Below, in pieces: positions 38,884 to 48,909 of a stretch of 64,000 nucleotides of DNA (position 1 is its first letter; the number at the start of each line of letters is the position of its first letter). Location of the stretch: positions 22,449-86,448 of the forward strand of contig JAJPHT010000016.1 in the NCBI GenBank assembly GCA_021325135.1. Direction: 5' to 3'. Origin of the DNA: Pseudomonadota bacterium. Lineage in GTDB: Archaea > Thermoplasmatota > SW-10-69-26 > JACQPN01 > JAJPHT01. Both the position numbers and the translations under genes were made by a program. Under the pieces are notes generated by a model. That model was not told the DNA's origin and searched no databases. It worked only from the letters and a program-made list of their open reading frames with translations.

Positions 38884-40215
38884 TCAGCCGACGCTCTGGA
38901 TCTCCAGCTCGAAGACCAGGTCCTTCCCCACCACGGGCCGCTGGTAGACGTTGCCCTGCGCGTAGGCGTCCTGCACCGGGATCAGCGCCGTCACCGTCTC
39001 GCCCACCCGCGCCGTCTTGGCCAGGTTCGTGAACCCGGCGATGACCCCGCTGCCCACGGTGAAGCCGAACGGCTGGTACTGGTCGTCCGCCCGCGCGTGA
39101 TAGCCCCCCGTGGTGTTGAAGAGGGGCTGCTCCGGGTCCTTGGCCACCGCCAGCATGCTCGTGTCGAAAAGGCGCCCGTCGGTGAGGACGCCCGCGTAGT
39201 TCCCGGTGACCTTGTCGCCCTCCTTCACCTGCGCGCCCAGCCGGCCCAGCTTCACGGTGACGCTGGCCGTCGCCGGGGGCACGCCGGGCCAGGCGCTCGC
39301 GGCCGTGAGGGTCACGTTGGCGCCGTCGGTGGCGTTGGCCGGGGGCGTGAGGGTGAGGAACGCGACGTGGCCCGTGGAGGCCGGGATGGCGGCGAGGCCC
39401 GCCAGGCTGCACGTCCACCCCGCGGGCACCCGGGCGGCGAGGCCCGGCGCGTCGCGGACGTTGCCCCGGTTCTCCACCACCACGGCGAAGGTCGCGGCGC
39501 GGCCCGCCTCGGTGGTCTTCTCGCGGACCACCGGGTGGACGCCCACGCCGTGCGCGGCCTCGTAGGCGACGGGGTCGAGGACCTCGGCCTTCTGGATGCG
39601 GACGGCGGGCTGCGGCTGCTGCTGCGCGTTGACGCGGGCGCTCCCGATGGCGTTGACCACGGCCATGCCGTCGCTGACCTCGCCGAAGACCGAGTGCCGG
39701 TCGTCCAGGGTGGGCTGGGGCGCCAGGGTGATGAAGAACTGGCTGCCGCCGGTGTTGGGGCCCGCGTTGGCCATGGAGAGGATGCCCGCGCCCGCGTGGC
39801 GCAGCGAGGGGTTGAACTCGTCGGGAATCTGATAGCCCGGGCCTCCGGAGCCCCACGTCGCGGGGGCGCCGCTCCTGGTGTTGGGGTCGCCGCCCTGGAT
39901 GACGAAGCCCGCGACGACGCGGTGGAAGAGGACGCCGTCGTAGAAGCCCTGCGAGGTGAGGTTGAGGAAGTTGGCCACGGTCACGGGTGCGGCCTCCCGC
40001 TCCAGCGTGAGGGTGACGTTCCCCTTGTCGGTGGCCAGGAGCACGCGGGGCTTCTCGGCCTTCCACCCGGGGTCAGGCGCCGGGGGCGCCGCGCCGGCGG
40101 GGCAGAGGGTGTCGCCCGCGACGACGCGCCCCGAGGGGGTCGGGACCGCGGGACCGGAGCCGCCCAGGCAGCCGGCGACGAGGAGGGCCAGGAGGAGGAG
40201 CGCGACGAGCCGCAT
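38884..40215 (-). CDS. Lipoprotein peptidyl-prolyl isomerase: cyclophilin - Ig-like - FKBP fusion
   Basis: Lipobox VAGC. Cyclophilin motifs FHRVVAGFVIQGGDP and SMANAGPNTGGSQFFIT. FKBP motifs YAGVLTDGRLFDTS, F.VGSGVIAGF and LVFELEI. Confidence 0.9.
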   Translation of the reverse strand: MRLVALLLLALLVAGCLGGSGPAVPTPSGRVVAGDTLCPAGAAPPAPDPGWKAEKPRVLLATDKGNVTLTLEREAAPVTVANFLNLTSQGFYDGVLFHRVVAGFVIQGGDPNTRSGAPATWGSGGPGYQIPDEFNPSLRHAGAGILSMANAGPNTGGSQFFITLAPQPTLDDRHSVFGEVSDGMAVVNAIGSARVNAQQQPQPAVRIQKAEVLDPVAYEAAHGVGVHPVVREKTTEAGRAATFAVVVENRGNVRDAPGLAARVPAGWTCSLAGLAAIPASTGHVAFLTLTPPANATDGANVTLTAASAWPGVPPATASVTVKLGRLGAQVKEGDKVTGNYAGVLTDGRLFDTSMLAVAKDPEQPLFNTTGGYHARADDQYQPFGFTVGSGVIAGFTNLAKTARVGETVTALIPVQDAYAQGNVYQRPVVGKDLVFELEIQSVG

Positions 40216-40253
40216 GGCCGGCCGCACCCGAAGGCCGGCTCTTGAAGCTGCCC

Positions 40254-40295
40254 AGAATGCGCATTCTTGAGCAACGAGGCCCTAAATAGCGGAAT
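40254..40295 (+). promoter_or_regulatory. trpE promoter (palindrome plus TATA motif TAAATAGCGGAAT)
   Basis: Palindrome AGAATGCGCATTCT at 40254-40267. The 13-mer at 40283-40295 is identical to the one upstream of trpC. Confidence 0.7.
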
Positions 40296-40316
40296 GCACA
40301 CTCACTTCTGTCCATC

Positions 40317-41651
40317 ATGCTGCTCCGGGAGCTGGCGATCCCCTTCGCCCCCACCGAGACGTTCGCGCGCCTCTTCGCCGCCCACGGTGATGGCTTCCTC
40401 CTGGAGTCCGCCGAAGGGCCCGAGCGCCTCGCGCGCTACAGCATCCTGGGCCTCGACCCCGTGGGCAAGGTCGCCTTCGTCGACGGCAAGCTCCAGACCA
40501 CCGGAGCCCTGGATGCGCCGCGCGACGGCGAGGCCCCCTTAGACTACCTGCGCCGCCTCCTGGCCCAGCACCCCACCACGGACCAGGGCTATCGTTACCT
40601 CGGCGGCCTCGTGGGGCACGTGGGCTACGAGTTCACGCAGCGCCTCGAACGCCTGGAGCCGCGCGCCTCGGGGCCCTTTCCCGAGCTGGAGTTCGGCCTC
40701 TACCTGGACGGCCTCGTCTTCGACCACCTCACCCGCCGCACCGTCTACTTCAGCCACGGCAAGGACCGCAGCGCCGAGCTCGCCGACGCCGCCAAGCGCG
40801 CCGTCGACCTCGCGCCGCCCCGCTTCGGCGCGCCGCGCGTGAACGTCGACTCGCCCCGCTTCGAGAAGATGGTGGAGCAGGCCAAGGCCCACGTCCACGA
40901 AGGCGACGCCTTCCAGGTCGTGCTGTCGCGCCGCTTCGACCTCGACGCCCAGGGCGACCTCCTCCCCTACTACGAGGCCCTCAAGCGCGCCAACCCCAGC
41001 CCCTACATGTATTACCTCAAGAGCGGCGAGCGCCGCCTCGTGGGCGCCAGCCCCGAGATGCTGGTGCGCGTGGACGGGGGCCGCGTGGAGACCTTCCCCA
41101 TTGCGGGCACGCGCCCCATGGGGCGCAACCCCACCGAGACGGAGCGCCTCGCCGCCGAGCTCCTCGCCGACCCCAAGGAGGCCGCCGAGCACGCGATGCT
41201 CGTGGACCTCGCGCGCAATGACGTCGGCCGCGTCGCCGAGTACGGCACCGTCAAGGTCAGCGAGAGCCGCAAGATCGAGCGCTTCAGCCACGTCCAGCAC
41301 ATCGTCAGCAAGGTCGAAGGGCGCCTGCGCCCCGGCCGCGGCGCGCTGGACGCCTTCGCCGCCCTCTTCCCCGCCGGCACCGTCTCGGGCGCGCCCAAGG
41401 TGCGCGCCATGGAGATCATCCGCGACCTCGAGGCCGACGCGCGCGGCCCCTACGCGGGCGCCGTGGGCTACTTCTCCTTCAACGGCAACGCCGACGCCGC
41501 CATCTGCATCCGCACGCTGGCCTCCTCCGGGCGGCGCGCCTCCGTGCAGGCCGGCGCCGGCGTCGTCCACGACAGCATCCCCGAGGCCGAGGCCCGCGAG
41601 ACCGAGGCCAAGGCCCGGGGCCTGCTCTCCGTCGCGGAGGGATTCTCCTGA
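40317..41651 (+). CDS. trpE: Anthranilate synthase component I
   Basis: Motifs FLLES, NPSPYMYY, PIAGTR, EHAMLVDLARND and GTVSGAPK. Confidence 0.95.
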   Translation: MLLRELAIPFAPTETFARLFAAHGDGFLLESAEGPERLARYSILGLDPVGKVAFVDGKLQTTGALDAPRDGEAPLDYLRRLLAQHPTTDQGYRYLGGLVGHVGYEFTQRLERLEPRASGPFPELEFGLYLDGLVFDHLTRRTVYFSHGKDRSAELADAAKRAVDLAPPRFGAPRVNVDSPRFEKMVEQAKAHVHEGDAFQVVLSRRFDLDAQGDLLPYYEALKRANPSPYMYYLKSGERRLVGASPEMLVRVDGGRVETFPIAGTRPMGRNPTETERLAAELLADPKEAAEHAMLVDLARNDVGRVAEYGTVKVSESRKIERFSHVQHIVSKVEGRLRPGRGALDAFAALFPAGTVSGAPKVRAMEIIRDLEADARGPYAGAVGYFSFNGNADAAICIRTLASSGRRASVQAGAGVVHDSIPEAEARETEAKARGLLSVAEGFS

Positions 41652-41731
41652 CGCACGCCACGCCCCCCACCGACCTGCCCGTGCAGAAGAACGTGAAGAT
41701 CGAGGAGGTCACCCCCGCCCTCGGGTGCTGA
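41648..41731 (+). CDS. 27-aa micro-ORF with CTG start between trpE and trpG
   Basis: CTG overlaps the trpE TGA, GGAGG lies upstream, all 27 sense codons end in G/C, and one nucleotide separates its stop from the trpG ATG. Confidence 0.55.
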   Translation: MTHATPPTDLPVQKNVKIEEVTPALGC

Positions 41732-41732
41732 C

Positions 41733-42317
41733 ATGAAGACCCTCGTGATCGACAACTTCGACTCGTTCACGTACAACCTCGTCCAGTACCTGGGAGAGCT
41801 GGGCGCGGACCCGGTGGTGCGCCGCAACGACGCCATCACCGCCAAGGAGGCCGAGGCCATGGCGCCTGACGCCATCGTGATCTCGCCCGGCCCGGGCAAC
41901 CCCGCGGACCCCCGGTACTTCGGCGTGTGCGCGGACCTGCTCACGGGCCTCTCGCGCTCCACGCCCACGCTGGGCGTCTGCCTGGGGCTCCAGGGGTTCG
42001 CCCACGTCTACGGCGGCAAGGTCGTGCACGCGCCGCGCGTCGTCCACGGCAAGTCCAGCCTCGTGGAGCACGACGGGCGCGGCGTCCTCGCGGGCGTGCC
42101 CAGCCCCTTCCGCGCCGCGCGATATCATTCCCTCGTCGTCGAGCGCGAGAGCCTGCCCGCCGAGATCGAGGTGAGCGCGTGGACCGCCGAGGGCGAGGTC
42201 ATGGGCGCGCGTCACCGGAGGCATCCCATCGAGGGCGTGCAGTTCCACCCCGAGAGCATCCTCACGGACCACGGCATGGCGATCCTGCGCAACTTCGTCC
42301 AGGGGGCGCGCCGCTGA
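41733..42317 (+). CDS. trpG: Anthranilate synthase component II
   Basis: Motifs IDNFDSFTYNL, SPGPG, GVCLG and QFHPES. Confidence 0.95.
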   Translation: MKTLVIDNFDSFTYNLVQYLGELGADPVVRRNDAITAKEAEAMAPDAIVISPGPGNPADPRYFGVCADLLTGLSRSTPTLGVCLGLQGFAHVYGGKVVHAPRVVHGKSSLVEHDGRGVLAGVPSPFRAARYHSLVVERESLPAEIEVSAWTAEGEVMGARHRRHPIEGVQFHPESILTDHGMAILRNFVQGARR

Positions 42318-43342
42318 AGGAGTTCATCGCGGCGGCCGTCGACGGCAGGAGCCTCTCCGAGGCGGACGCCTACGCGGCCATGGCGTGCGTCATGGACGGC
42401 CAGGCGACGCCCGCGCAGCTGGCGGGCTTCCTCGTGGCCATGCGCATGAAGGGCGAGACCGTCGAGGAGCTGACCGGCTTCGCGCGGGCGATGCGCGAGC
42501 GATGCGCCCTCATCGCGCCCGACGTGAAGGGGCGCCTGACCGACACGTGCGGCACGGGCGGCGCGCCCATCAAGACGTTCAACGTCTCGACGCTCTCCGC
42601 CTTCGTCGCGGCGGGCGCGGGCGTCCCCATCGCGAAGCACGGCAACCGCGCGGTGACCAGCCGGTGCGGCAGCGCGGACGTGCTGGAGGCCCTGGGCGCG
42701 AACCTCGCCCTGGAGCCGGCGCGGGTGAAGAAGGTCATCGAGGAGGTGGGCGTCGGCTTCCTCTTCGCGCCCAACTTCCACCCCGCCATGCGCCACGCCA
42801 TCGGACCGCGCCGCGAGCTTGGCGTGCGCACCGTGTTCAACCTCCTGGGGCCCCTCACGAACCCCGCCGGCGCGCAGGGGCAGGTGCTGGGCGTCTACCA
42901 CCCCAGCCTCGTGCCCAAGCTCACGCCCGTGCTGCGCAACCTGGGCGTGCAGAACGCCATGGTCGTCCACGGCGAAGGCGGCCTCGACGAGATCAGCCCC
43001 TTCGGCCCGACGCGCGTGGGCCGCGTCAAGGAGGGCTCGGTGGAGTACTTCACCGTCAACCCCGAGGAGTTCGGCTTCTCCCGCGTGGCGCCCGAGGACG
43101 TGCAGGGCGGCGACCCGCAGGCCAGCGCGCGGATCTTCCTGGACGTGCTCCACGCCCGGGAGGGCCCCCGCGCCGACACCGTGATCATGAACGCCGCCGC
43201 GGCCGCGGTGGTGGGCGGCAAGGCCAAGGACCTCCAGGAGGGGGTCGCCGTCGCCCGGCAGAGCATCCGCAGCGGCGCGGCCCTGGAGAAGCTGGAGCGC
43301 TTCGTCGCCTCCACGGGTGGATCGTTGGCCAGTTTGGCTTGA
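42314..43342 (+). CDS. trpD: Anthranilate phosphoribosyltransferase (CTG start)
   Basis: Motifs DTCGTGG, KHGNR and FNLLGPL.NP. CTG at 42314 overlaps the trpG stop. Confidence 0.93.
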   Translation: MKEFIAAAVDGRSLSEADAYAAMACVMDGQATPAQLAGFLVAMRMKGETVEELTGFARAMRERCALIAPDVKGRLTDTCGTGGAPIKTFNVSTLSAFVAAGAGVPIAKHGNRAVTSRCGSADVLEALGANLALEPARVKKVIEEVGVGFLFAPNFHPAMRHAIGPRRELGVRTVFNLLGPLTNPAGAQGQVLGVYHPSLVPKLTPVLRNLGVQNAMVVHGEGGLDEISPFGPTRVGRVKEGSVEYFTVNPEEFGFSRVAPEDVQGGDPQASARIFLDVLHAREGPRADTVIMNAAAAAVVGGKAKDLQEGVAVARQSIRSGAALEKLERFVASTGGSLASLA

Positions 43343-43390
43343 GCAAGCGGAAGGGGTTTTGTCTTCCTTCCGGCGTGCGGGCCCGCGGGG

Positions 43391-44242
43391 TTGTTTCTCC
43401 TGCGAACCGTCGTGACCGCCGTTTCGGCTCTGCTGGTCCTGTCCCTCCTGCCCGCCGCCCTTGCCCTTCCCGACCCGCCCATCGAGCAACAGGTCGGGCC
43501 CACCTGCGTCCCCGTCATCGGTGGCGTCCTGGGCGGCGACACCTGCCTGGGCCTCTTCGTCCACCTGGGCCCCGACGGCCTCCACAGCTGGTTCATCCTT
43601 CCCTGTGGCGTCGGGAACCTGGTTGACAATTGCGGGCTCGCCCTGGACGCGGACGCCACGCAGGCGCACCTCGTGGTCACGCCGCAACTGGGCTGCCGCC
43701 AGGTGTGCGTGCCCTCCCTGGAGCAGCTTGACGTCCTCCTTCCGGGCAGCGAGCTTGCCGTGACGCACACGACGTGCGTGCTCTCCCTGTGCGGTGTCGA
43801 GGACGTGGAGGCGTCGGCCGCGGGCGTCCACGTGGGCGCGACGCCGGTCCCCTGTGTCCTCAACGTCTGCGCGCCCCGCGGCCAGGCCACCGTGGGGACC
43901 AACGGCAGCGTGAACACCACCGCGGAGGTCCTCTGCGGCCCCGCCGCCGGGGGCGCGTGCCTCCTGGCCGCCGGCTTGACGGGCCCCGACGGGACCCTCT
44001 TCCTCCAGCAGGACGTCGTGGGCGCGGGCCCGGTGGTGGAGCTTCACGAGTCGGTCACCCCCGCGGGCGCGGTGGACGCGCACCCCAACCCGTCGTGCTT
44101 CTTCGCCATCGTGGGCGGCGTCGTGATCTGCCAGAACATCGACGTGTCCACGGGCGCGCTGCTGGGCGGCGACGTCCACGTGTGCGCGCTGGTGCACCTC
44201 TACGGGAGCGTCAACCTCAACGAGGCACCCTGCTTCCCGTGA
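43391..44242 (+). CDS. Secreted Cys-rich hypothetical protein interrupting the trp operon
   Basis: Signal peptide, 16 Cys, Val/Gly-rich. Confidence 0.75.
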   Translation: MFLLRTVVTAVSALLVLSLLPAALALPDPPIEQQVGPTCVPVIGGVLGGDTCLGLFVHLGPDGLHSWFILPCGVGNLVDNCGLALDADATQAHLVVTPQLGCRQVCVPSLEQLDVLLPGSELAVTHTTCVLSLCGVEDVEASAAGVHVGATPVPCVLNVCAPRGQATVGTNGSVNTTAEVLCGPAAGGACLLAAGLTGPDGTLFLQQDVVGAGPVVELHESVTPAGAVDAHPNPSCFFAIVGGVVICQNIDVSTGALLGGDVHVCALVHLYGSVNLNEAPCFP

Positions 44243-44248
44243 GGCGCT

Positions 44249-44288
44249 GCTGAACACATCTGTTCAGCAATGTCATAAATAGCGGAAT
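44249..44288 (+). promoter_or_regulatory. trpC promoter (IR plus TAAATAGCGGAAT)
   Basis: GCTGAACA-N4-TGTTCAGC at 44249-44268; 13-mer at 44276-44288. Confidence 0.7.
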
Positions 44289-44305
44289 CGCGCTGGGTCG
44301 GGTCA

Positions 44306-45085
44306 GTGGCCACGCTCCCCGACTTCGGCGCGTCCGCCCGCGAGCGCGTGCGGACCGGCTACTACGACCTGCGCCGGCTGCCCGACTTCTGCCCGCCCCG
44401 CGAGCCCCCCTCGCTGCGCGCCGCGCTCGCCCGCGCCAAGGTCCCCGTGGTGGCCGAGATCAAGCCCGCCTCGCCCACCGCGGGCGCGCTGCGGCCGGAG
44501 GCCGACGCGGGGGCCCTCGCGCGCGCCTTCGTCGCCGCGGGCGCCTGCGGCGTCAGCGCCCTCGCCGTGAAGGAGGGGTTCGGCGGCTCGCTGGAGAACG
44601 TCATCGCCGCCAGCGGCGCGGGCGCCCCGGTGCTGTTCAAGGACTTCGTCGTGGACGAGGCGCAGCTGAAGGCCGCGCGCCGCTGCGGCGCCAGCGCCGC
44701 GCTCCTCATCCTCGACCTCACGGGCGAGGCGGAGACGGCGCGCCTCCTCGCCCGCGCCCACGCCCTGGGCCTCGAAGCCCTGGTGGAGGTCTACGACGAG
44801 GAGGGGTATCGCGCCGCGGCCAAGCTCGACGCGGACCTCCTGGGCGTCAACAACCGCGACCTGCGCCGCGAAGGGCTCCCCGTGGACCCTGCACGCGCCG
44901 GGAGGGTGCTATCATCCTGCGGGCCCGCCCGCGCGCCCACCCTCGCCCTCTCCGGCGTGGAGACCGCCGCCGACGCGCGCCGCCAGATGGCCGCCGGCGC
45001 CGCGGGGGTCCTCGTGGGGAGCGCCCTCATGCGCGCGCCCGACCCCGCCGCCGCCCTGCGCGCGCTCACGGGGGCCTCCGCGTGA
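44306..45085 (+). CDS. trpC: Indole-3-glycerol phosphate synthase
   Basis: Motifs [24 protein letters not shown] and LVGSALM. Confidence 0.92.
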   Translation: MATLPDFGASARERVRTGYYDLRRLPDFCPPREPPSLRAALARAKVPVVAEIKPASPTAGALRPEADAGALARAFVAAGACGVSALAVKEGFGGSLENVIAASGAGAPVLFKDFVVDEAQLKAARRCGASAALLILDLTGEAETARLLARAHALGLEALVEVYDEEGYRAAAKLDADLLGVNNRDLRREGLPVDPARAGRVLSSCGPARAPTLALSGVETAADARRQMAAGAAGVLVGSALMRAPDPAAALRALTGASA

Positions 45086-45687
45086 CGCTCGTCAAGGTGT
45101 GCGGCCTTCGCGAGGAGGCCCACGTCCGCGCCGCGCGCGACGCCGACGCCGTGGGCTTCGTGGTCGAGAGCCCCAGGAGCCCGCGCGACCTGCCCCTCGC
45201 CGAGGCCGCGAGGCTCGTCCGCGCCGCGGGGCCGCTCCAGACGACGGTCGCCGTCACCGCGAGCCGCGACGCGGACGCCCTCCTGCGCATCGTGGACCAA
45301 GTGCGCCCCCACGCGCTCCAGGCGCCCGCGGACGCGGCCTTCGCGCCCGTGCGCAAGCTGCACCCCACCCTGAGGATCCTCGCCGCGGCGTGCCCCGGCG
45401 ACCCCGCGCCCCCCGAGGCGGACCTCCTCGTCCTCGACGCCGCGACGGGGGACGGATACGGCGGCACGGGCCGCCGCCTCGACCCCGCCCTCGCGCGCAG
45501 CGTGATATCATCCTCGCCCATCCCCGTCCTCCTCGCCGGGGGCCTCGCGCCGGAGAACGTGGCGCAGGCCATCCGCGACGCGCGCCCCCACGGCGTCGAC
45601 GCCAGCAGCGGCCTGGAGACCGAGGGCCGCAAGGACCCCCGCAAGATCGCCGAGTTCGTCCGCCAAGCCAGGAGCGCCCTCCCATGA
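45082..45687 (+). CDS. trpF: Phosphoribosylanthranilate isomerase
   Basis: Motifs VKVCGL, GGTG, LAGGL.PENV and GVDASSGLE. Confidence 0.92.
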   Translation: MTLVKVCGLREEAHVRAARDADAVGFVVESPRSPRDLPLAEAARLVRAAGPLQTTVAVTASRDADALLRIVDQVRPHALQAPADAAFAPVRKLHPTLRILAAACPGDPAPPEADLLVLDAATGDGYGGTGRRLDPALARSVISSSPIPVLLAGGLAPENVAQAIRDARPHGVDASSGLETEGRKDPRKIAEFVRQARSALP

Positions 45688-46865
45688 CTACAGGAAGATT
45701 CGGGGAGTTCGGCGGCCGCTTCGTCCCCGAGACGCTGATGCCCGCCCTCGAGGAATTGGAGCACGCCTACGCCAAGGTCCAGTCCGACCCCTCCTTCGCC
45801 CGCGAGCTTCACCTGCTGTCGACGGAGTACGGCGGCCGCCCCACGCCGCTCACCTTCGCGCCGCGCCTGACCGAGCACGCCGGCGGGGCGCGCATCTACC
45901 TGAAGCGCGAGGACCTCGTCCACGGCGGCGCCCACAAGTTCAACAACGTCATGGGCCAGGCCCTCCTCGCGAAGCGGATGGGCAAGACGCGCATCATCGC
46001 CGAGACGGGCGCCGGCCAGCACGGCGTCGCCACCGCCATCGCGTGCGCGCGCCTCGGCCTCCCCGCCGAGGTCTACATGGGCGCCAAGGACGTCGAGCGC
46101 CAGAGCCTCAACGTCTTCCGCATGCGCCTCATGGGCACCCAGGTCCACCCCGTGGAGAGCGGCAGCAAGACCCTCAAGGACGCCGTCAACGCCGCCCTGC
46201 GCGACTGGGTCGCCAACGTCCGCACCACGCACTACATCATCGGCAGCGTCGTGGGACCGCACCCGTTCCCCACCATCGTGCGCGACTTCCAGAAGGTCAT
46301 CGGAGAGGAGATCAAGACGCAGATGCGCCAGCGCGAAGGCCGCCTCCCCGACGCCCTCGTCGCGTGCGTCGGCGGCGGCAGCAACGCCATGGGCACGTTC
46401 TACCCGTTCATCGGCGATGGCGCCGTGCGCCTCGTGGGCGTCGAGGCCGGCGGCGAAGGCGTCAGCACGGGAAAGCACAGCGCCACCCTGGGCGCCGGCA
46501 GCAAGGGCGTCCTCCACGGCGCGTATTCCTACATGCTCCAGGATGCCGACGGCCAAGTCACCGAGACGCACAGCATCAGCGCGGGCCTCGATTATCCTGG
46601 GGTTGGCCCCGAGCATGCGTGGCTCAAGGAGACGGGCCGCGCGGAGTACGTCAGCGTCACCGACCGCGAGGCCCTGGAGGGCGTGCGCCTCCTCTGCCGC
46701 CTCGAAGGCATCCTCCCCGCCCTCGAAAGCGCGCACGCGGTGTACCAGGGCGTGCAGCTTGCGCGCGCGATGCCCCGCGACTCCGTGGTGGTCATCACCG
46801 TGAGCGGCCGCGGCGACAAGGACGTGCACACGCTCCAGAAGGAGTTCGGGGAGGGGTTCGCCTGA
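45684..46865 (+). CDS. trpB: Tryptophan synthase beta subunit
   Basis: Motifs [26 protein letters not shown] and [12 protein letters not shown] overlap with trpF. Confidence 0.96.
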   Translation: MTTGRFGEFGGRFVPETLMPALEELEHAYAKVQSDPSFARELHLLSTEYGGRPTPLTFAPRLTEHAGGARIYLKREDLVHGGAHKFNNVMGQALLAKRMGKTRIIAETGAGQHGVATAIACARLGLPAEVYMGAKDVERQSLNVFRMRLMGTQVHPVESGSKTLKDAVNAALRDWVANVRTTHYIIGSVVGPHPFPTIVRDFQKVIGEEIKTQMRQREGRLPDALVACVGGGSNAMGTFYPFIGDGAVRLVGVEAGGEGVSTGKHSATLGAGSKGVLHGAYSYMLQDADGQVTETHSISAGLDYPGVGPEHAWLKETGRAEYVSVTDREALEGVRLLCRLEGILPALESAHAVYQGVQLARAMPRDSVVVITVSGRGDKDVHTLQKEFGEGFA

Positions 46866-47620
46866 GCCGCCTTGCAGGCGCCTTCCCCAAGGAGCGGCCC
46901 GCCCTCGTGGCCTACCTCGTGGCGGGCGACCCCAGCCTGGACGCCTCCTTCGAGCACGCGAAGGCCATCCTCGCCGAGGCGGACGTGCTGGAGATCGGCG
47001 TCCCCTACAGCGACCCCGTCGCGGACGGGCCCGTCATCGAGCGCGCGGGCGTGCGGGCCCTGGAGCGCGGCACGACGTTGGCGGACTGCCTCGCCCTCGC
47101 GAAGCAGCTCCGCGCCATCACGCCCAAGCCCCTCGTGGTGATGACGTACTACAACCCGGTCCTCCAGAAGGGGCTCGCGCGCTTCGCGCGGGAGGCGCGC
47201 GACGCGGGCGTGGACGGCGTGATCCTCCCCGACGTGCCGCTGGAGGAGTCGGGCCCGGCGGGTGACGCGCTGGCGAAGGAGGGGATCGACCTCGTCCAGC
47301 TGGCGAGCCCCGCCAGCCCGCCCGAGCGCCTCGCGCGCCTGGCCAAGGCCACCCGCGGTTTCCTCTACGTCGTGAGCAGCTTCGGCGTCACGGGCACGCG
47401 CGACGACCTCGCGCCCGAGACGGGCGACCTCGTGCGGCGCGTGAAGGCGCTGGGCGTCCCCTTCGCGGTGGGCTTCGGCGTCGCGCGCCCCGAGCACGTG
47501 AAGTCCCTCGCCGCCGCGGGCGCGGCCGGCGTCGTCGTGGGCAGCGCCATCGTGGGGCGCATCGAGCGGGGCGAGACGCCCGAGCAGGTGGCCGCGTTCG
47601 TGCGCGCGCTGCGCGGGTGA
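46862..47620 (+). CDS. trpA: Tryptophan synthase alpha subunit (CTG start)
   Basis: Motifs [27 protein letters not shown] and VGFGV. CTG at 46862 overlaps the trpB stop. Confidence 0.93.
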   Translation: MSRLAGAFPKERPALVAYLVAGDPSLDASFEHAKAILAEADVLEIGVPYSDPVADGPVIERAGVRALERGTTLADCLALAKQLRAITPKPLVVMTYYNPVLQKGLARFAREARDAGVDGVILPDVPLEESGPAGDALAKEGIDLVQLASPASPPERLARLAKATRGFLYVVSSFGVTGTRDDLAPETGDLVRRVKALGVPFAVGFGVARPEHVKSLAAAGAAGVVVGSAIVGRIERGETPEQVAAFVRALRG

Positions 47621-47743
47621 CTTCCAAGGCTCAACCTCGGGCTCTGCGGATCGTTTCTGGCGCCGTTGAGCGTTGCGTCCCGGCCCGTGCCGCGACCCTC
47701 GATATCATGTTAGCATGCGGCGCTCCGGGCGCGGAGCCTCACG

Positions 47744-48850
47744 ATGCCCTCCCCACCTCGACGCGCGAGACCCCTCTTCGCCCTCCTCTTCGGCCTGGCC
47801 GCGCTGGCCGCCGTCGCCCCGCTGCCCACCACTGAGGCCGCCTCGGGCGAGTGCCGCGTGGCCAGCGGCTACGACGTCTTCACCACGGACGCCAGCGGCA
47901 CGACGCTGGGCATCCAGGCCCTCGCCGGGCTCGTCGATCCCCTCTTCCACTACCAGGGCGTGCCCTACGGCCAGTTCGCCTTCGGCAGCGCCGGCGTCCG
48001 GCCCACGGGGCCCGCGGACACCGTCGTCGCGCGCCTCGCCGAAGGGAGCCCCACGTCGCCCGTGGTCCCCGTGCAGCTTGTCGGCCTGCAGCTCGCGTCC
48101 GTGGAGACCGTCGGCGGCCAGCAGCACTTCATCACGCTCCAGACCGCGCGCACCCTGGCGGACGTCACCGGCCGCGGCGCGGCCTCCGTCGCGCTGGGGC
48201 CCGGCCAGCCCAGCCTGGGCACGCTGACCCTCGCCTTCGATCCGGACTGCTCGGGCGGCACGCTGGAGTCCCTCTTCGACGTCGCCTTCGACGTGCGCCT
48301 GGGCAGCGTGACCGGCCCCATCATCGCCTCGGCCACCGAGACGATCTCCTCCACCAGCGTCCCGTGGGGGCACCTCTCCGACGTCCCGCGCGGGCTCGAC
48401 GAGCAGGGCCGCCTGGCGGTCCACCGCGTGGAGGACGCCCTTCAGCACATCCCCGGCGTCGACTACCTCCTCAACGGCCTCGACGAGGCCGCGGACTTCC
48501 ACCCCGGCTTCGCGCTGCCGCTTCCCTGCGGCGCCAGCTCGCTCAACGGCCCCACGGGCTCCTTCCCGCCGCCCGCCTCCAGCGGCGCGGCCTACGGCGG
48601 CCCCACCACCATCACGTTCCACGTGGGCGACCACCGCTCCATCACCGTGGACACCGTGTACCAGGTCAGCGGGCCCACCACGCTCACGTCCATCCACCAC
48701 ACGGACTCCGGGAGCGACCACCACTGGGAGTTCCACGGGGGCGACCTCAACACGCGCGGGTTCGACTACCACTTCCACACGACGTGCCTCTGGCCGTACT
48801 ACGGGCTGGACGAGGACTTCGCGGGAGGGCCCGTGACGGTCTACAACTGA
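47744..48850 (+). CDS. Secreted hypothetical protein
   Basis: Signal peptide, beta-rich, His-rich C-terminal domain. Confidence 0.75.
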   Translation: MPSPPRRARPLFALLFGLAALAAVAPLPTTEAASGECRVASGYDVFTTDASGTTLGIQALAGLVDPLFHYQGVPYGQFAFGSAGVRPTGPADTVVARLAEGSPTSPVVPVQLVGLQLASVETVGGQQHFITLQTARTLADVTGRGAASVALGPGQPSLGTLTLAFDPDCSGGTLESLFDVAFDVRLGSVTGPIIASATETISSTSVPWGHLSDVPRGLDEQGRLAVHRVEDALQHIPGVDYLLNGLDEAADFHPGFALPLPCGASSLNGPTGSFPPPASSGAAYGGPTTITFHVGDHRSITVDTVYQVSGPTTLTSIHHTDSGSDHHWEFHGGDLNTRGFDYHFHTTCLWPYYGLDEDFAGGPVTVYN

Positions 48851-48909
48851 GCCTCTGGCCGGGCCGCGCGCAACAACGCTTATCTTCGCGCGGCCCGGCT
48901 CCCGACCCG

